In this document: positions 32,666-46,995 of the stretch, piece by piece | How positions within the stretch are numbered: the stretch's first letter is position 1 | Layout of the letters: the number at the start of each line of letters is the position of its first letter | Assembly: GCA_964016885.1 (NCBI GenBank) | Contig: OZ024754.1 | Location: forward strand, 1,364,001 to 1,428,000 | DNA length: 64,000 nucleotides | Source: Eledone cirrhosa | Taxonomy: Eukaryota | Direction: 5' to 3' | Notes under the pieces: generated by a model | Told to the model about the DNA's origin: nothing | Database searches by the model: none | Seen by the model: only the letters and a program-made list of their open reading frames with translations | Program-made: the position numbers and the translations under genes

Positions 32666-32924
32666 TTATTTTCTGATATTAATGTTGTTCTCAGCCAGAG
32701 ATTTTTTTTTTTTGTTTCATCTTTATAATTTCCCCAGCGTCTTAGGCACTCGTGGCCGCCATTAAAATAAATTATTATCATTTCTATTATTATCTTCAGC
32801 ATTTTCAACTTAAAGGAGTGTGTAGTTGACTAAGACAAAAGATGAAACATCCTTCATGCCATTTCACGCTGATGAGTTCAATTTCCACCATTACTACTTT
32901 TATATTCTTTTTGTTGTTGCCACA

Positions 32925-33072
32925 CCCTTCCCCAACCCGGTGCTGACACACCCTACCCCTCCCATATCCCAGTATTGACACGCACTACCCCTTCCCAACC
33001 CGGTGCTGACACAGCCTACCCCTCCCATAACCCAGTATTGACACACCCTACCCCTTCCCCCAACCCAGTTCT
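32925..33072. repeat. Short tandem array, ~63-bp dimer of ~31-bp subunits
   Basis: CCCTTCCCAACCCGGTGCTGACAC and CCCAGTATTGACAC alternate twice. Confidence 0.85.
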
Positions 33073-33215
33073 GCATTGAGGAGGTTCAATGAAAAAAATA
33101 TGATATTTAGTTCGATCATAATTATCTCCTGGGCGATTGTTATCGTCATTGCTTTTACGCTAAATATAAGATATTCATTATTTCACCCCTCCCCGTCTCT
33201 CTCTCCCTTTTCACC

Positions 33216-33422
33216 ACATCATCATCATCATCATCATCATCATAGTCATCATCATCATCATCATCCCCCATCATCATGATCATGATCATCATCTTTTTCT
33301 TAACAACAATAAAAATAAAACTAATTTCTTAATAGTAATGGTAATAATAATAATTATCGTTATTACTTACTTACTTACTACTACTACTACAACTACTACT
33401 ACTACTACCGCCACTACTACCG

Positions 33423-33474
<52 letters not shown>

Positions 33475-33496
33475 CACTTCTACTACCACCACCACC

Positions 33497-33561
<65 letters not shown>

Positions 33562-33938
33562 CATTTGGCAATTATCCGAGGAATTCTCCGATTGATAATT
33601 GGCCAAAAATTGGTCGTATTTCAAGACAGGAATATAGTTTCTGTTTAATTACTGGAAGTTTGTGTGGCAGGAATGGCTGTGGTGGAAGTGTGAAGGGGAG
33701 GGAGAGATAAGTAGGGTGGTGATGGTGGTGGTGGTGGTGGTGATGGTGATGGTGGTGGTGGTGGTGATGGTGTTGGTGATGATGGTGGTGATGGTGATGG
33801 TGATGGTGGTGATTGTGATTGTGATTGTGATGGTGATGGTGTGATGGTGATGGTAGTGGTGATGGTGGTGATGGTGATGGTAGTGGTGATGGTGGTGGTG
33901 GTGATGGTGATGGTGATATGGTGATGGTAGTGGTGATG
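33216..33938. repeat. (CAT)n, (ACT/ACC)n and (GGT/GAT)n trinucleotide tracts
   Basis: Directly visible. Confidence 0.92.
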
Positions 33939-35029
33939 AAAATGTTGAGAAAATCAAATGAAAATAAGCTTCTAAAGAAAGTCAATGTTCTTACACACAC
34001 ACACACACATATATATAAACATACACACACACACACAAATATATATATATATATATAAACATACACACACACATATATATATACACACACGCACATATAT
34101 ATATATATACACACACACATATATATATAAACATACACACACACATATATATAAACATATACACACACACACGCACATATATATATATATACACACCTAC
34201 ACACGCACACACATACACACGCAGACACACATATATATATAAACATACACACACACACATACAAATATATATAAACATACACACACACACACATATATAT
34301 ATACACACACACGCACATATATATATGCGCACACACACACACACAACCACATATATATATATATATATATTCACGTTTCTTCCATCCTTACTTTATATTC
34401 CACTGTCATTTTCCTCTTAAATACGAATCAATGTAATTTTCCCATATCGCTCCAATGCTTCTACAACACATGTTTTTCAATTAAGCATCATTTCCCTACA
34501 ATTAAACATATATGCTGCTTTGCTTTTTTGATGGTTATAACGGTGTAGTGTTGTTGATGTTGTAGTTATTGCCAGTGATGGTGGTTATGGCGACTAAGAT
34601 GATAAAATAGACGGCGGTTTGTAATTTTATGTAGGCGTAATAATAGCCATTTCAGTAGCATTTCAATTTAATACGGAACACAGAGTCGTGGGTTCAATCT
34701 GCAGGACGTACATCTGCCGACATTTGTAAATAGTTTGACATGAAACCCTTTTTTTAATACAGCGTATTAAAGATTTAGTGATTAGGGCACAGTACAGCCG
34801 GCTTAGATTGGGCAAATATATAGACCAGCGATTTTCAAAATTTTAACCCATGTGAAACCCTTGAGATAGTCTTCATGTCTCAGGGAACCCCTCGATAGAA
34901 ATTATTATGATAGCATTAGTAATATCGATCTCTTTTAGAGGTTTGAAGCCTTTAGTATAATAAGATCAACAGGTGTTCTGTTGTCACGTGACCAGACAAT
35001 GGCTGGATATTCTTATATTTTCTGAACAG

Positions 35030-35298
35030 CTGCTGTGGTATTCTCCCAGTTGCTGTGGTATTCTCCCAGTTGCTGTGGTATTCTCCCAGTTGCTGTGGTA
35101 TTCTCCCAGTTGCTGTGGTATTCTCCCAGTTGCTGTGGTATTCTCCCAGATGTTGTGATATTCCCCCAGTTGTTGTGATATTCTACAAGCTGCTGTGATA
35201 TTCTCCCAGCTGCTGTGGTATTCTCCTAGTTGTGGTATTCTCCCAGTTGCTATGGTATTCTCTCAGTTGCTATGGTATTCTCCCAGCTGCTGTGGTAT
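35030..35298. repeat. 20-bp minisatellite TGCTGTGGTATTCTCCCAGT
   Basis: About 13 tandem units. Confidence 0.95.
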
Positions 35299-35691
35299 AT
35301 TCTGGAGGTTAGGGTTACCATTTGTAATAGACTGAAAGCTAAGATGGCGTTAGTCAATGGTTTATTATACAAAATGTAGATTTGGTTTCATGTGAAGTGG
35401 ATTAACTTCTGTCTCTAGTATGATGAGTGACAAATATAGAACCTGCACCCTCCCCACCACTGGTCCACCACTGTTAGATCTAGTTCCTCCCTCCCCTCCA
35501 CACCACTGGTCCCCCACTAAAGACCTAGATAGTAGCTATCCAGCAGTTATATTCACATCATAGTTGTAAACTTATACTAAGATGACTCCAAAGATAAGAA
35601 CCACTTCTTTCTGACTCTGTTGTCATAATTGACATTTAAACGGTTTTCATTGGTTGTTTGCCTTAGGGTAAATGTAACCTAAGTCGCAGGA

Positions 35692-35826
35692 ATATGGTTC
35701 TAATATGGTTCTACTATGGTTCTACTATGGTTCTAATATGGTTCTAATATGGTTCTACTATGGTTCTAATATGGTTCTAATATGGTTCTACTATGGTTCT
35801 AATATGGTTCTACTATGGTTCCAATA
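35692..35826. repeat. 11-bp minisatellite ATGGTTCTA(A/C)T
   Basis: About 12 tandem units. Confidence 0.95.
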
Positions 35827-35938
35827 TTGTCTTCACTTATGCCATATTCCTTATTTATATTTTTACTGTTTCTCGTTTTTTTACGCATGTTTTTGTTTAA
35901 TCTGCATGCACATTCTTCACATATGGTTACGTAGTATA

Positions 35939-36036
<98 letters not shown>

Positions 36037-36080
36037 GGAATACTGTTGGCTTCTTGCTCACAATAATTTCTATACTTTTC

Positions 36081-36119
<39 letters not shown>

Positions 36120-36172
36120 AATCTTAGACAGGAACAAAAACAGAGAAGCAGTGCAAATATTAGGTTCACGCT
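36120..36172 (-). mobile_element. 3' fragment of the hammerhead-bearing pLTR-like family H
   Basis: GGAACAAAAACAGAGAAGCAGT...ATTAGGTTCACGCT matches 48559-48606; sits between (TA)n tracts. Confidence 0.6.
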
Positions 36173-36210
<38 letters not shown>

Positions 36211-36354
36211 TCCATATTCAAATATCCTACATACACACACAGATTCACACACATAGATACATACACCACACACACAGATACATACATACGCCACACACAC
36301 ACACATACATACTTACACACACACACACACACACACACACTCAGATACATAGTT

Positions 36355-36385
<31 letters not shown>

Positions 36386-36402
36386 AATACACACACACAC
36401 AG

Positions 36403-36448
<46 letters not shown>

Positions 36449-36805
36449 TTATACACGCTGTTAACCGCACCAGCCGACGTCACATACATTACATTACAAA
36501 TAAATGTAATAACAAGTACCCCGTGTACATTTCTACATCTGAGTCTACATAAGAGAGGAATGAGTAGTAGTAGGAGGTATGTCTGTTCTACTCGACCCCC
36601 TCCTCCCCTTCTTCCTCCTCCTCTCTTTAATAACAACACCATTTAGCTGTCATAACCAATTCTGTCGTATTGGGCGACCATTTCATTTCGTTGTAATTTA
36701 TTTCAATTAACATTCTATAACAACGTCTCTAAAAGCAGTCCAAGTCCTCATAAGAATGTTGATATATACATACTTCCCTTCTAAGGACATACACCACACG
36801 TACAG

Positions 36806-36851
<46 letters not shown>

Positions 36852-37217
36852 CTATATATATATACATGTACATATATATATATATATATATAAACGGAAA
36901 AAATGAAACGAAATTTCATTTCTCACTCTTAGTACGACTGTTACTTAAATATAAGTATGTATACGTACATACATACATACATACATGTATACAGACGTAC
37001 AGTAGTATGTATATATATATACATGCACACATATATAAATGTTCGGTGAATCCATACGTACATGTATATATGTGTGCATGTATATATATATATATACATA
37101 CTACTGTACGTCTGTATACATGTATGTATGTACGTATACATACTTAGACAAGATATATATATATATATATATATATCTTGTCTATGTGTGTGTAAATATG
37201 TGTATAAGCATAGATTT

Positions 37218-37281
<64 letters not shown>

Positions 37282-37328
37282 AATGCCTTTCGTAACTTGT
37301 ACTCCTGTGTTGTTGTTTTTTTACTTTC

Positions 37329-37362
<34 letters not shown>

Positions 37363-37509
37363 ATATATGTATGTATATGTATATATATGTATATATGTAT
37401 ATGTATGTATATGTATATATATGTATATGTATGTATATGTATATATATGTATATATATATATGTATGTATGTATATGTATATATATGTATATATATATAT
37501 GTATGCGTA

Positions 37510-37541
<32 letters not shown>

Positions 37542-37544
37542 CAT

Positions 37545-37613
<69 letters not shown>

Positions 37614-37947
37614 TATACGTACACACACATGTATGTATATGGCTTGGATTGTCGGCGTGATCCAACACATGCCTCCATGGAAAAAGACTTACGTTAAACG
37701 TTTATAATAATGGTCGTGATAGATATAGATATATAAATGTATATACAATTCTTCTGTAATCCTTTATTCCTCCCATAAAATAGTTTTATCCTTTAAACAC
37801 TTAACAAACACCGAAATAGTCCACACAATAATACTCCCCTTTTCACCTAACAACCCCTAAACTTTATCTAACCCTCCCTCAACCTAATGTATCTTCTGAT
37901 CTCTCCTTCTTTCTTGTTGACTCACCACGCATCTACATATTATTCAA

Positions 37948-38130
37948 ATAATTGTTTCTACTTTAGGCACAAGGCCAGCAATTATCCCAGTGTATTACTG
38001 GTACTTTATTTTATCGACCGCGTAAGGATGAAAGGCAAAGTCAACCTCGGCGGGATTTGAACTCAGATCGTAAAGGGACGTAACTGTGCTGGAAAGCATG
38101 GCGTCCGACCCTCTACCGATACTGCCAATT
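37948..38130 (-). mobile_element. SINE family C, full-length short variant
   Basis: Nearly identical to 23607-23788. Confidence 0.93.
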
Positions 38131-38166
38131 CACCGACTTCAAATAATCTCAACTAAACACACACAT

Positions 38167-38207
<41 letters not shown>

Positions 38208-38215
38208 CATAGCCA

Positions 38216-38260
<45 letters not shown>

Positions 38261-38261
38261 G

Positions 38262-38293
<32 letters not shown>

Positions 38294-38775
38294 CAGATAT
38301 ACAGACCACACACGTACAGATGTACACTTATAGATACACAACCAGACGTACAAACACACATATATATATATACATATTTAAATATTTCTAACACATGATG
38401 ATACATACATGCCAATGCAGTAATGTATCAAAGTATGAAATGCTCAGCGTTTATCATATCAACATATTGCCATAAACACAGCAGATGAATGCCTAACAAT
38501 ACTGCAATGATGAGCTTACACAATAGGAATAATTTCAAGGCTGGCAGCTGCAGTATTAGATTCATGATAACATTAATCTATCGGATATGGTTGTAGCTAC
38601 ATTAATAAGCGCCCAGCATGTATGCTCACTCTAGCACGGTATATGAATTGACCAGTGGAATGAACCAACACGGGAGGTCAAATTTGAAATGACAATAAAA
38701 ATTGTCCTATCCGATAAGGAGAGAGCCAAATGGACTTTTTGAAACTTGATATATACATGACACATTGACATATGC

Positions 38776-38816
<41 letters not shown>

Positions 38817-38912
38817 CGTAATCTCACTTGCATATATATATATATATATATAAGCGTATGCACATATATATTCCTATGTATATGTCGTGAGATAGAAAAG
38901 ATTAAATGATAC

Positions 38913-38998
<86 letters not shown>

Positions 38999-39097
38999 AC
39001 TAGTAACTTCGTTGTTTGATATTATAGTTTCATTGAAGTTAAATATATTTTATGTAACTTAGCTTCTTCCTTATTAAAACAAACAAATTATTACAAA

Positions 39098-39273
39098 TGG
39101 CAGTATTGGTAGAGGGTCGGACGCCATGCTTTCTAGCATAGTTACGTCCCTTTACAGACTGAGTTCAAATCCTGCCGAGGTTAACTTTGCCTTTCATCCT
39201 TACGGGGTTGATAGAATAAAGTACCAGTAATGTACTGGGTAATTGCTTGCCTTGTGCCAAATGTAGAAACAAT
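39098..39273 (+). mobile_element. SINE family C, full-length short variant
   Basis: TGGCAGTATTGG ... GAGTTCAAATCC ... core ... TAGAAACAAT. Confidence 0.93.
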
Positions 39274-39354
39274 GATTACAAATCCTCGACCAAATATAAA
39301 ACCTAAATACATAATTTAGTTCGTATTAATAGCCATGTATACATTAAACTATTA

Positions 39355-39458
39355 TACAGGTTGTCCCGAAAATATATATACACACTTCAACAGCATGCTA
39401 ATAAATATTGCCTGTACAGGTAATCAAAGTGTGCATACATTGTTTGGGACACCTGTAT
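39355..39458. mobile_element. About 100-bp Tc1/mariner-type MITE (family G), copy 1
   Basis: TA-CAGGTTGTCCC ... GGGACACCTG-TA; interior (AATAAATATTGCCT.TACAGGTAATCAAAGTGT) shared with 61098-61216. Confidence 0.8.
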
Positions 39459-39996
39459 ATAATTTACCTTACATTAGTTTGTCACGTGCATTCAATGATC
39501 GATACTGATCGATAGAAAGAAATAGCACTTGCCCCATCTTTCCAGAGTAGAAGTTTTAAATACAAAGAAAATATCTAGAAGTGAGGTTCTATAAGACAAA
39601 TAATTATGGGGTCTACTTTGTCTGATATGAGATCCTTTTTCTGAGCTTTAAAAACACTTGACAGGTGGGGAAGAAGAGAGGGCTTCATTAGAACCAGGTT
39701 TGAATGATTTTATCGAACAAATATTTAACGTTTTAATCGCTCTCCGATATCGATCCTCTCGTTGGACTTCAACTGTGGAGGTATAGAGAAAAATAGAAAA
39801 AGATAGTTATACATTTCTACCAACTAATGCTATATAGAAAGTTTATTCAATAACCTTAATGTGTAGAATGTGTAGAATATTGTGTGGGGCTAGAATGGAG
39901 ATTTTTTGAGGGAATGTATTGAATCAAAAACTTATAATTATAATATCACAAGAGAGGATGAATGGATATTATGAAGAGAGAGATGAAGAGGAGGGA

Positions 39997-40036
<40 letters not shown>

Positions 40037-40037
40037 A

Positions 40038-40074
<37 letters not shown>

Positions 40075-40232
40075 AGTATGAGATGGTGGGAGAGAGGGGT
40101 GTAGAAGATAGAAATTAGGTTTGAGAAAGATGAAAACAGTGAGAGAATGTAAACGACTGATTATACGAGAGAAAGAGAGAGAGAGAAAGAATAATTTTGA
40201 GAAAATAGAGGCTAATTACAAAGGAAAGTAGA

Positions 40233-40297
<65 letters not shown>

Positions 40298-40529
40298 AGG
40301 ATATAGAGAGAAGAGGAAGGAGAAAATGTCCGCCGTGTGAAGAGATGACATATTGAAGACGTTTAAGAAAAACACACAAAAGCTTCATTAGATGACCATT
40401 GAGTGACTATATCTCGATTACGCCTATAGCCTCTCTTACTACACCTCAATACACTGGCAGTTCAACAACTGGAGGTTCGGGTTCGAATCTAGCAACATTC
40501 CTACTTCATCAATATTATTTTGTAATCAT

Positions 40530-40650
40530 TCTGAGTTCAAATCCCGCCGAGGTTAACTTTGCCTTTCATCCTTACGGGGTCGATAAAATAAAGTACCAGT
40601 AATGAACTGGGATAATTGCTGGCCTTGTGTCAAAAGTAGAAACAATTATT
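40530..40650 (+). mobile_element. SINE family C, 5'-truncated
   Basis: B box, core and tail. Confidence 0.92.
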
Positions 40651-40694
40651 TGGTATGTTGTCAGGCTAACCGGCTAACCATTATAAAAGTATAT

Positions 40695-40825
40695 TTAACC
40701 CTTTAGCATTTAAACTGGCCTGTCCAGCCATAATTCTCTAGAGTAGGCGTCTCTAGAGTATTTTTTAAACTTGATGGAACCCTATCTTCTCAGATTGCTT
40801 TTCCCAAAGAAACATAGAGAGTTAA
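40695..40825. mobile_element. Possible piggyBac-type MITE
   Basis: TTAA-CCCTTTAGCATT left end and a degenerate ...AGAGAG-TTAA right end; single copy here. Confidence 0.3.
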
Positions 40826-41059
40826 AGAATAGACGTGAGAAGGAAACAGAGGAAGAATCGACCTCACTACTTGACTGCTACTTTATTTTTATTGACCTCG
40901 AATGGATGAAAGGCAAAGTTGACCTCGGCTGAATTTGAACTCAGAACTGAAGCGAATACTGCAAAGTGTTTTATCAGAAGTTCTAGCGTCTGATAGAATG
41001 TGGTAAAATAGGAAATTCTCCTTTTTCTTTACCATTATATTATTTACATTTTCTTTTTG

Positions 41060-41310
41060 TCTTCTCTCTCTCCCTACTCCCTCTCTCTTCCCCTCTCTCG
41101 CTTCCCTCTCCCTTCCCCTCTCTCGCTTCCCTCTCCCTCATCCCTCTCCCTCATCCCTCTCCCTCATCCCTTTCTCTCATCCCTCTCCCTCATCCCTTTC
41201 TCTCATCCCTTTCTCTCATCCCTCTCCCTCATCCCTCTCTCTCATCCCTCTCTCTCATCCCTCTCTCTCTTCCCCTCTCTCACCCCTCTCTCATCCTCTC
41301 TTTCTCTCTA
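41060..41310. repeat. CT-rich CTCATCCCT repeats
   Basis: Directly visible. Confidence 0.9.
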
Positions 41311-41599
41311 CAATTCTCTCTTATAAACCCTCTCTATATCTCTCTCTCTGTACGCATCACGCTCTCTCTCCGTTCATACTGTAACAGCTACCATCTTGAT
41401 ACGCCATCTTTAAACTAAGCCTATTGTATAAAGCTGAATAGCAGCAATTAGATGACGGCCGTATTTCTGCGGCAGGTTATATAAATCATGCATTAACTAA
41501 ATAACCGTCACTGTTTTGGGGCTCCAACTTTTGTCTTTTATATCGCAATCTCTACTAAATAAGTGTCAGATGTCTCTGGATGTACACATCTTTCTCTGT

Positions 41600-41915
41600 C
41601 TGTGTGTTTGTTTGTTTGTTTGTGTGTGTATGTATTGTGGAGTGTGTTTGTTTGTTTGTGTGTGTTTGTTTGTTTGTGTGTGTGTTTGTATTGTGGAGTG
41701 TGTTTGTGTGTGTGTTTGTATTGTGGAGTGTGTTTGTGTGTGTGTTTGTATTGTGGAGTGTGTTTGTGTGTGTGTGTATTGTGGAGTGTGTTTGTTTGTC
41801 TGTATTGTGGTGTGTGTCTGTAGGTTTAGATGCACACCTCTTTCTGTGTGTGTGTGTGTGTATGTGTATTGTAGAGTGTGTTTGTAGGTGTATGTGTATT
41901 GTGGTGTGTGTTTGT
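41600..41915. repeat. About 30-bp GT-rich minisatellite (TGTATTGTGGAGTGTGTTTG...)
   Basis: Directly visible. Confidence 0.9.
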
Positions 41916-42018
41916 ACGTGTATGTGTGCAGCATCTGTGTAAGTGTGTTTGTGTAAGCATTTAAGCGTGTGGCGTTGACCCATTTGTCAAACATTGATTT
42001 ATTAGTATAGTTAACTTG

Positions 42019-42060
<42 letters not shown>

Positions 42061-42106
42061 CCCCTAATTATCATACATATATATGTATATTATTTATATA
42101 TATATG

Positions 42107-42137
<31 letters not shown>

Positions 42138-42161
42138 CGCATGTAAGTACACACATCTAAG

Positions 42162-42231
<70 letters not shown>

Positions 42232-42393
42232 CTTATCTATCATACGTACATACACAACATAACAGAATTATATGTACAGTGTTTGGTAAGACCTCTGATC
42301 TGTATCTGTGAGTTAAATGTTTTCTAATAGTCTGCAGGAATTCCATCAATGTACGACACTGGTAAATGCTGTTGCATTTGAAGAACATATATA

Positions 42394-42580
42394 AGAAGTT
42401 CATAGGCTGACCAAGATACTCTCACGGAATGAAGTAATGAGGTTTATTTTTCAACATATTCCATGGAAAGAAACAATGCAGTTATTAATAAGAAGAGTTG
42501 AAATTAAAGCATGCAAGATTTCACAGCTCTAGCATCACTCTTTCTTAGCCAGCCTATGAACTTTTTATCCTTCCCTCGTA
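42394..42580. mobile_element. Tc1/mariner-type MITE (family F), copy 2
   Basis: AAGTTCATAGGCTG / CAGCCTATGAACTT TIR; right end ...CCCTCG-TA is the TA-CGAGGG terminus typical of mariner-like elements. Confidence 0.78.
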
Positions 42581-42650
42581 CATGAATCTCCCTCTTTCTC
42601 TCTCTTATGTGAATATAAATATCTATCAAACGAAGGCAGTGTGTCGGTGG

Positions 42651-42684
<34 letters not shown>

Positions 42685-42764
42685 TCGGTATATAAGGATG
42701 CAATTAACTTTTAGCACTCAACGTCATATTACTTCCTAAAAACAAGGATGACGGATATATATAT

Positions 42765-42970
42765 GGGAAAAAGTATGACCCCGACGGCAGAGCTCAAACC
42801 GTTTCGACGGCTATTTCTGGACTAAAGACTTTAGTCCAGAAATAGCCGTCGAAACGGCTTGAGCTCTGCCGTCGGGGTCATACTTACTCCTATTACCCAC
42901 TCTACTACCCTAAGTATTGAGTACGCTGGTGCGTTATGGTCCATCTGGTTTCTTACCACAACTCCTTCGT

Positions 42971-42971
<1 letters not shown>
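42765..42971 (+). mobile_element. Fold-back element family A, most complete copy
   Basis: About 62-bp arms (42766-42890) with a 1-nt centre at 42828 and few mismatches, then an 81-bp tail; TA repeats on both sides. Confidence 0.92.
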
Positions 42972-43021
<50 letters not shown>

Positions 43022-44032
43022 GTGTGTGTGTACAATATTTAAGCACACCACACCACACCATAACACAACACACCATACCATACCGCAGAACACCACACCA
43101 CACAACACCACACCACACAACAACACAGCACACCTCACCACATTTTAACCCATCATCCCACACCATGTCACATTTAGTTTACATGAACACGATGGAGGGA
43201 AACGACATCTCTGACGCTAAACACTGCTGTTGTTATATTTACCACGCCCGAATATATAAACCTGTGAATACATAAACATAAATATTATTACATGTAATAC
43301 GTAAAAGAATATGGCGGCCCGTGTGATAATATGCTGTACATGCGCTCCTGCAATGTTGAAATCATTATAAAATGTCTTTATTACTTAATTTTTGCATCGA
43401 TGCATAAAACGGTGCATACATGCTCGTATGTTCATTATTGCATACAAACGGCAAATGTGCATCGGAATAAAAGCGTCTCTGTAAATGTGCAGCCGTGCAT
43501 ATTATCATATCTGGCTGCATTACTTACTTGAAAAGAAGTTAAAGCAGCAAGATTTACCAGAATTCCAAAGACAGGCTTACATACATGGATATGTAAACAC
43601 ATACGTACACTTATATATGTACACAGACATATACATACACATATGCACAAACATGCATAACATGCATATATATATATATATATACACACAACCATGTACA
43701 CACGCATTTGCAAAAATATGCACATTTATACTCATAAACATACACACATATATACACAAACATACACACGTACACACATAAGCATGTACATATATAGATA
43801 CAACCACGTACACACACACAATACGCACACATATACACATAAATACACACATATACACACGTATACACACATTACACACGTATACACACGTATACACACA
43901 TATAAACACATATATAGACATATATACACACATACACACGCATACACACATGTATACACACGTATACACACATATACACACATATACACACTAACTTTAA
44001 TATTATTTCTTATCAACTTTCTTTCTCTTTGT

Positions 44033-44245
44033 ATAATTGTTTCTACTTTTGGCACAAAGCCAGCAATTATCGCAGTGTATTACTGGTACTTTATTTTATC
44101 GACCCCGTAAGAATGAAAGGCAAAGTTAACCTCGGCAGGATTTGAACTCAGACCATAAAGGGCCGTAACTCCTTGCTGCAAAAATAAGTACCAGTAATGC
44201 ACTGGAGTAATTGCTGGCCTTGTGCCACAAGTAGAAACAATTATT
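44033..44245. mobile_element. SINE C (-, 44033-44181) fused to an inverted SINE C 3' end (+, 44182-44245)
   Basis: Begins ATAATTGTTTCTACTTTTGGCACAA and ends TTGTGCCACAAGTAGAAACAATTAT. Confidence 0.88.
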
Positions 44246-44380
44246 TTACAAATGTAGTCAAATACAAGACTCCTTATATAACCGTCTTCATCTTCACTTC
44301 CTCTCTCTACCCTAACAAATATATTTCTTAAATGTTCAATTACACAAGAGTTACTGTTCTTGTTCCGCTGTTTACTAATA

Positions 44381-44602
44381 TACAGTGTGTTCGATTTTTA
44401 CGCGAAGATACGTTTGTGAACGCGGCGCGTAAAGTAAATTCGCGTAATTTATGTAAAATATTTCTGATAAACAAAACAATAAAAAAATACCACGCGTTAT
44501 AGCTTGTTATTCGCGCAAAGTGAATATTCAATAATATTATTTCAAGGCGGGTTAAAGCGAATTCGCGTACTTCAAGTTCGCGTAAAAAGCGAACAGACTT
44601 TA
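44381..44602. mobile_element. pogo/Tigger-type MITE
   Basis: TA-CAGTGTGTTCGATTTTTACGCGAA ... TTCGCGTAAAAAGCGAACAGACTT-TA, with several internal CGCGTA repeats. Confidence 0.7.
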
Positions 44603-44973
44603 CTCAACACCTACAACTTCAGAGCTTTGAAAACCATCCATTCATTAATTGTAACAAAACGAATAAATTTCATATATAAATAAATTAACGATAAAGGATC
44701 CACTTGAAATAAACTCACCTCTATTTGTCCTGTATATTCCCACCATTAGCTGTTATCTAGTCTGACTTATAATTTTATTAATCTATCGTTATGAATTTTG
44801 ATCTAAAAAAATGTAACCCCATTTTTGAGATGGTTTCTGAATGAAATATTTCTTCTATTGTCAGTAAAAATATAGAAATGTTATTATATTCTACTAAATT
44901 AGTATTCATTTCTCCATTACACTTTGAGGTTCCGCTATTTCTTTCGCGAAAAAATAGATTTTAATATATATAA

Positions 44974-45068
<95 letters not shown>

Positions 45069-45539
45069 AGTATATATATACAGATATACATATATATATA
45101 TATAAATATATGTGTATATATACATTCACAGACATATATATATATAATGTGTGTGTATAAATATATCCACATATATATATATATATAGACAGAGAGAGCG
45201 AGAGAGAGAGAGAGGGAGGGGATGTGTGGTGGGGGTGTATTTGTTATTTATGTTCGTGCTGGTGCTTTGCCTCCAAAATATACTTAATGGAATCGGTAAT
45301 ACACTGATAACCCCCCCCCCCACACACACACACACCACCAACACCACTACCACCACCACCACCGCCACCACCACCACTACCACAACAACAACAACAATCA
45401 TGAAATCCAACTAGCTGAGATTTGTGGAAAATAGGAGGTTTTAGAACGTTTTTGATTTGTAACATCTGTAGTATAGAAACAGAGTAGATGTCATCTCTCT
45501 CTCTCTCTCTCTGTATATATATATATACTGAAACACATA

Positions 45540-45567
45540 TATATATGTGTGTGTATGTATGTATGTG

Positions 45568-45600
<33 letters not shown>

Positions 45601-46025
45601 GTATGTATATGTATGTATGTATGTATGTATGTATATATATATATGTATGTATGTATATATATATATGTATGTATGTATATATATATATGTATGTATGTAT
45701 ATATATATATGTATGTATGTATGTATATATATGTATGTATGTATATATATGTATGTATGTATGTATATATATATGTATGTATGTATGTATATATATGTAT
45801 GTATGTATGTATGTATATATATATATGTATGTATGTATGTATATATATATGTATGTATATATATATATGTATGTATGTATGTATGTATATATATATGTAT
45901 GTATATATATATATGTATGTATGTATGTATGTATATATATATGTATGTATATATATATATGTATGTATGTATGTATGTATATATATATATGTATGTATGT
46001 ATGTATGTATATATATATATGTATG

Positions 46026-46057
<32 letters not shown>

Positions 46058-46169
46058 TGTATGTATGTATGTATGTATATGTATATGTATGTATGTATAT
46101 ATATATATATATGTATGTATGTATATATATGTATATGTATGTATGTATATATATATATATATATGTATG

Positions 46170-46214
<45 letters not shown>

Positions 46215-46464
46215 GTATATATATATATATGTATGTATATGTATATATATATATATGTATGTATATGTATATATATATATATACTGTATGTATATGTATA
46301 TATATATATATGTATGTATATGTATATATATATATGTATGTATATGTATATATATATATATATGTATGTATGTATATGTATATATATATATATGTATGTA
46401 TATGTATATATATATATATATGTATGTATGTATATGTATATATATATATATATGTATGTATATG

Positions 46465-46495
<31 letters not shown>

Positions 46496-46498
46496 ATG

Positions 46499-46530
<32 letters not shown>

Positions 46531-46546
46531 TGTATATGTATATAAG

Positions 46547-46579
<33 letters not shown>

Positions 46580-46670
46580 GTGTATATATATATATATGTG
46601 TATATATATGTATATATGTATATATGTATATATATATATATGTATATATATATGTATATATATATGTATA

Positions 46671-46723
<53 letters not shown>

Positions 46724-46761
46724 ATATATATATGTATATATATGTATATATATATATATGT

Positions 46762-46859
<98 letters not shown>

Positions 46860-46903
46860 GTATATATATATATGTATATATATGTATATATATATATATA
46901 TGT

Positions 46904-46995
<92 letters not shown>

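Noticed and set aside
34824-34895. hAT-like left terminus (CAGCGATTTTCAA)
   Set aside because: No matching right TIR or TSD found.
44714-44765. Possible minus-strand micro-exon ending GAG|GTGAGT
   Set aside because: No polypyrimidine acceptor and no recognisable peptide; cannot be supported without RNA data.
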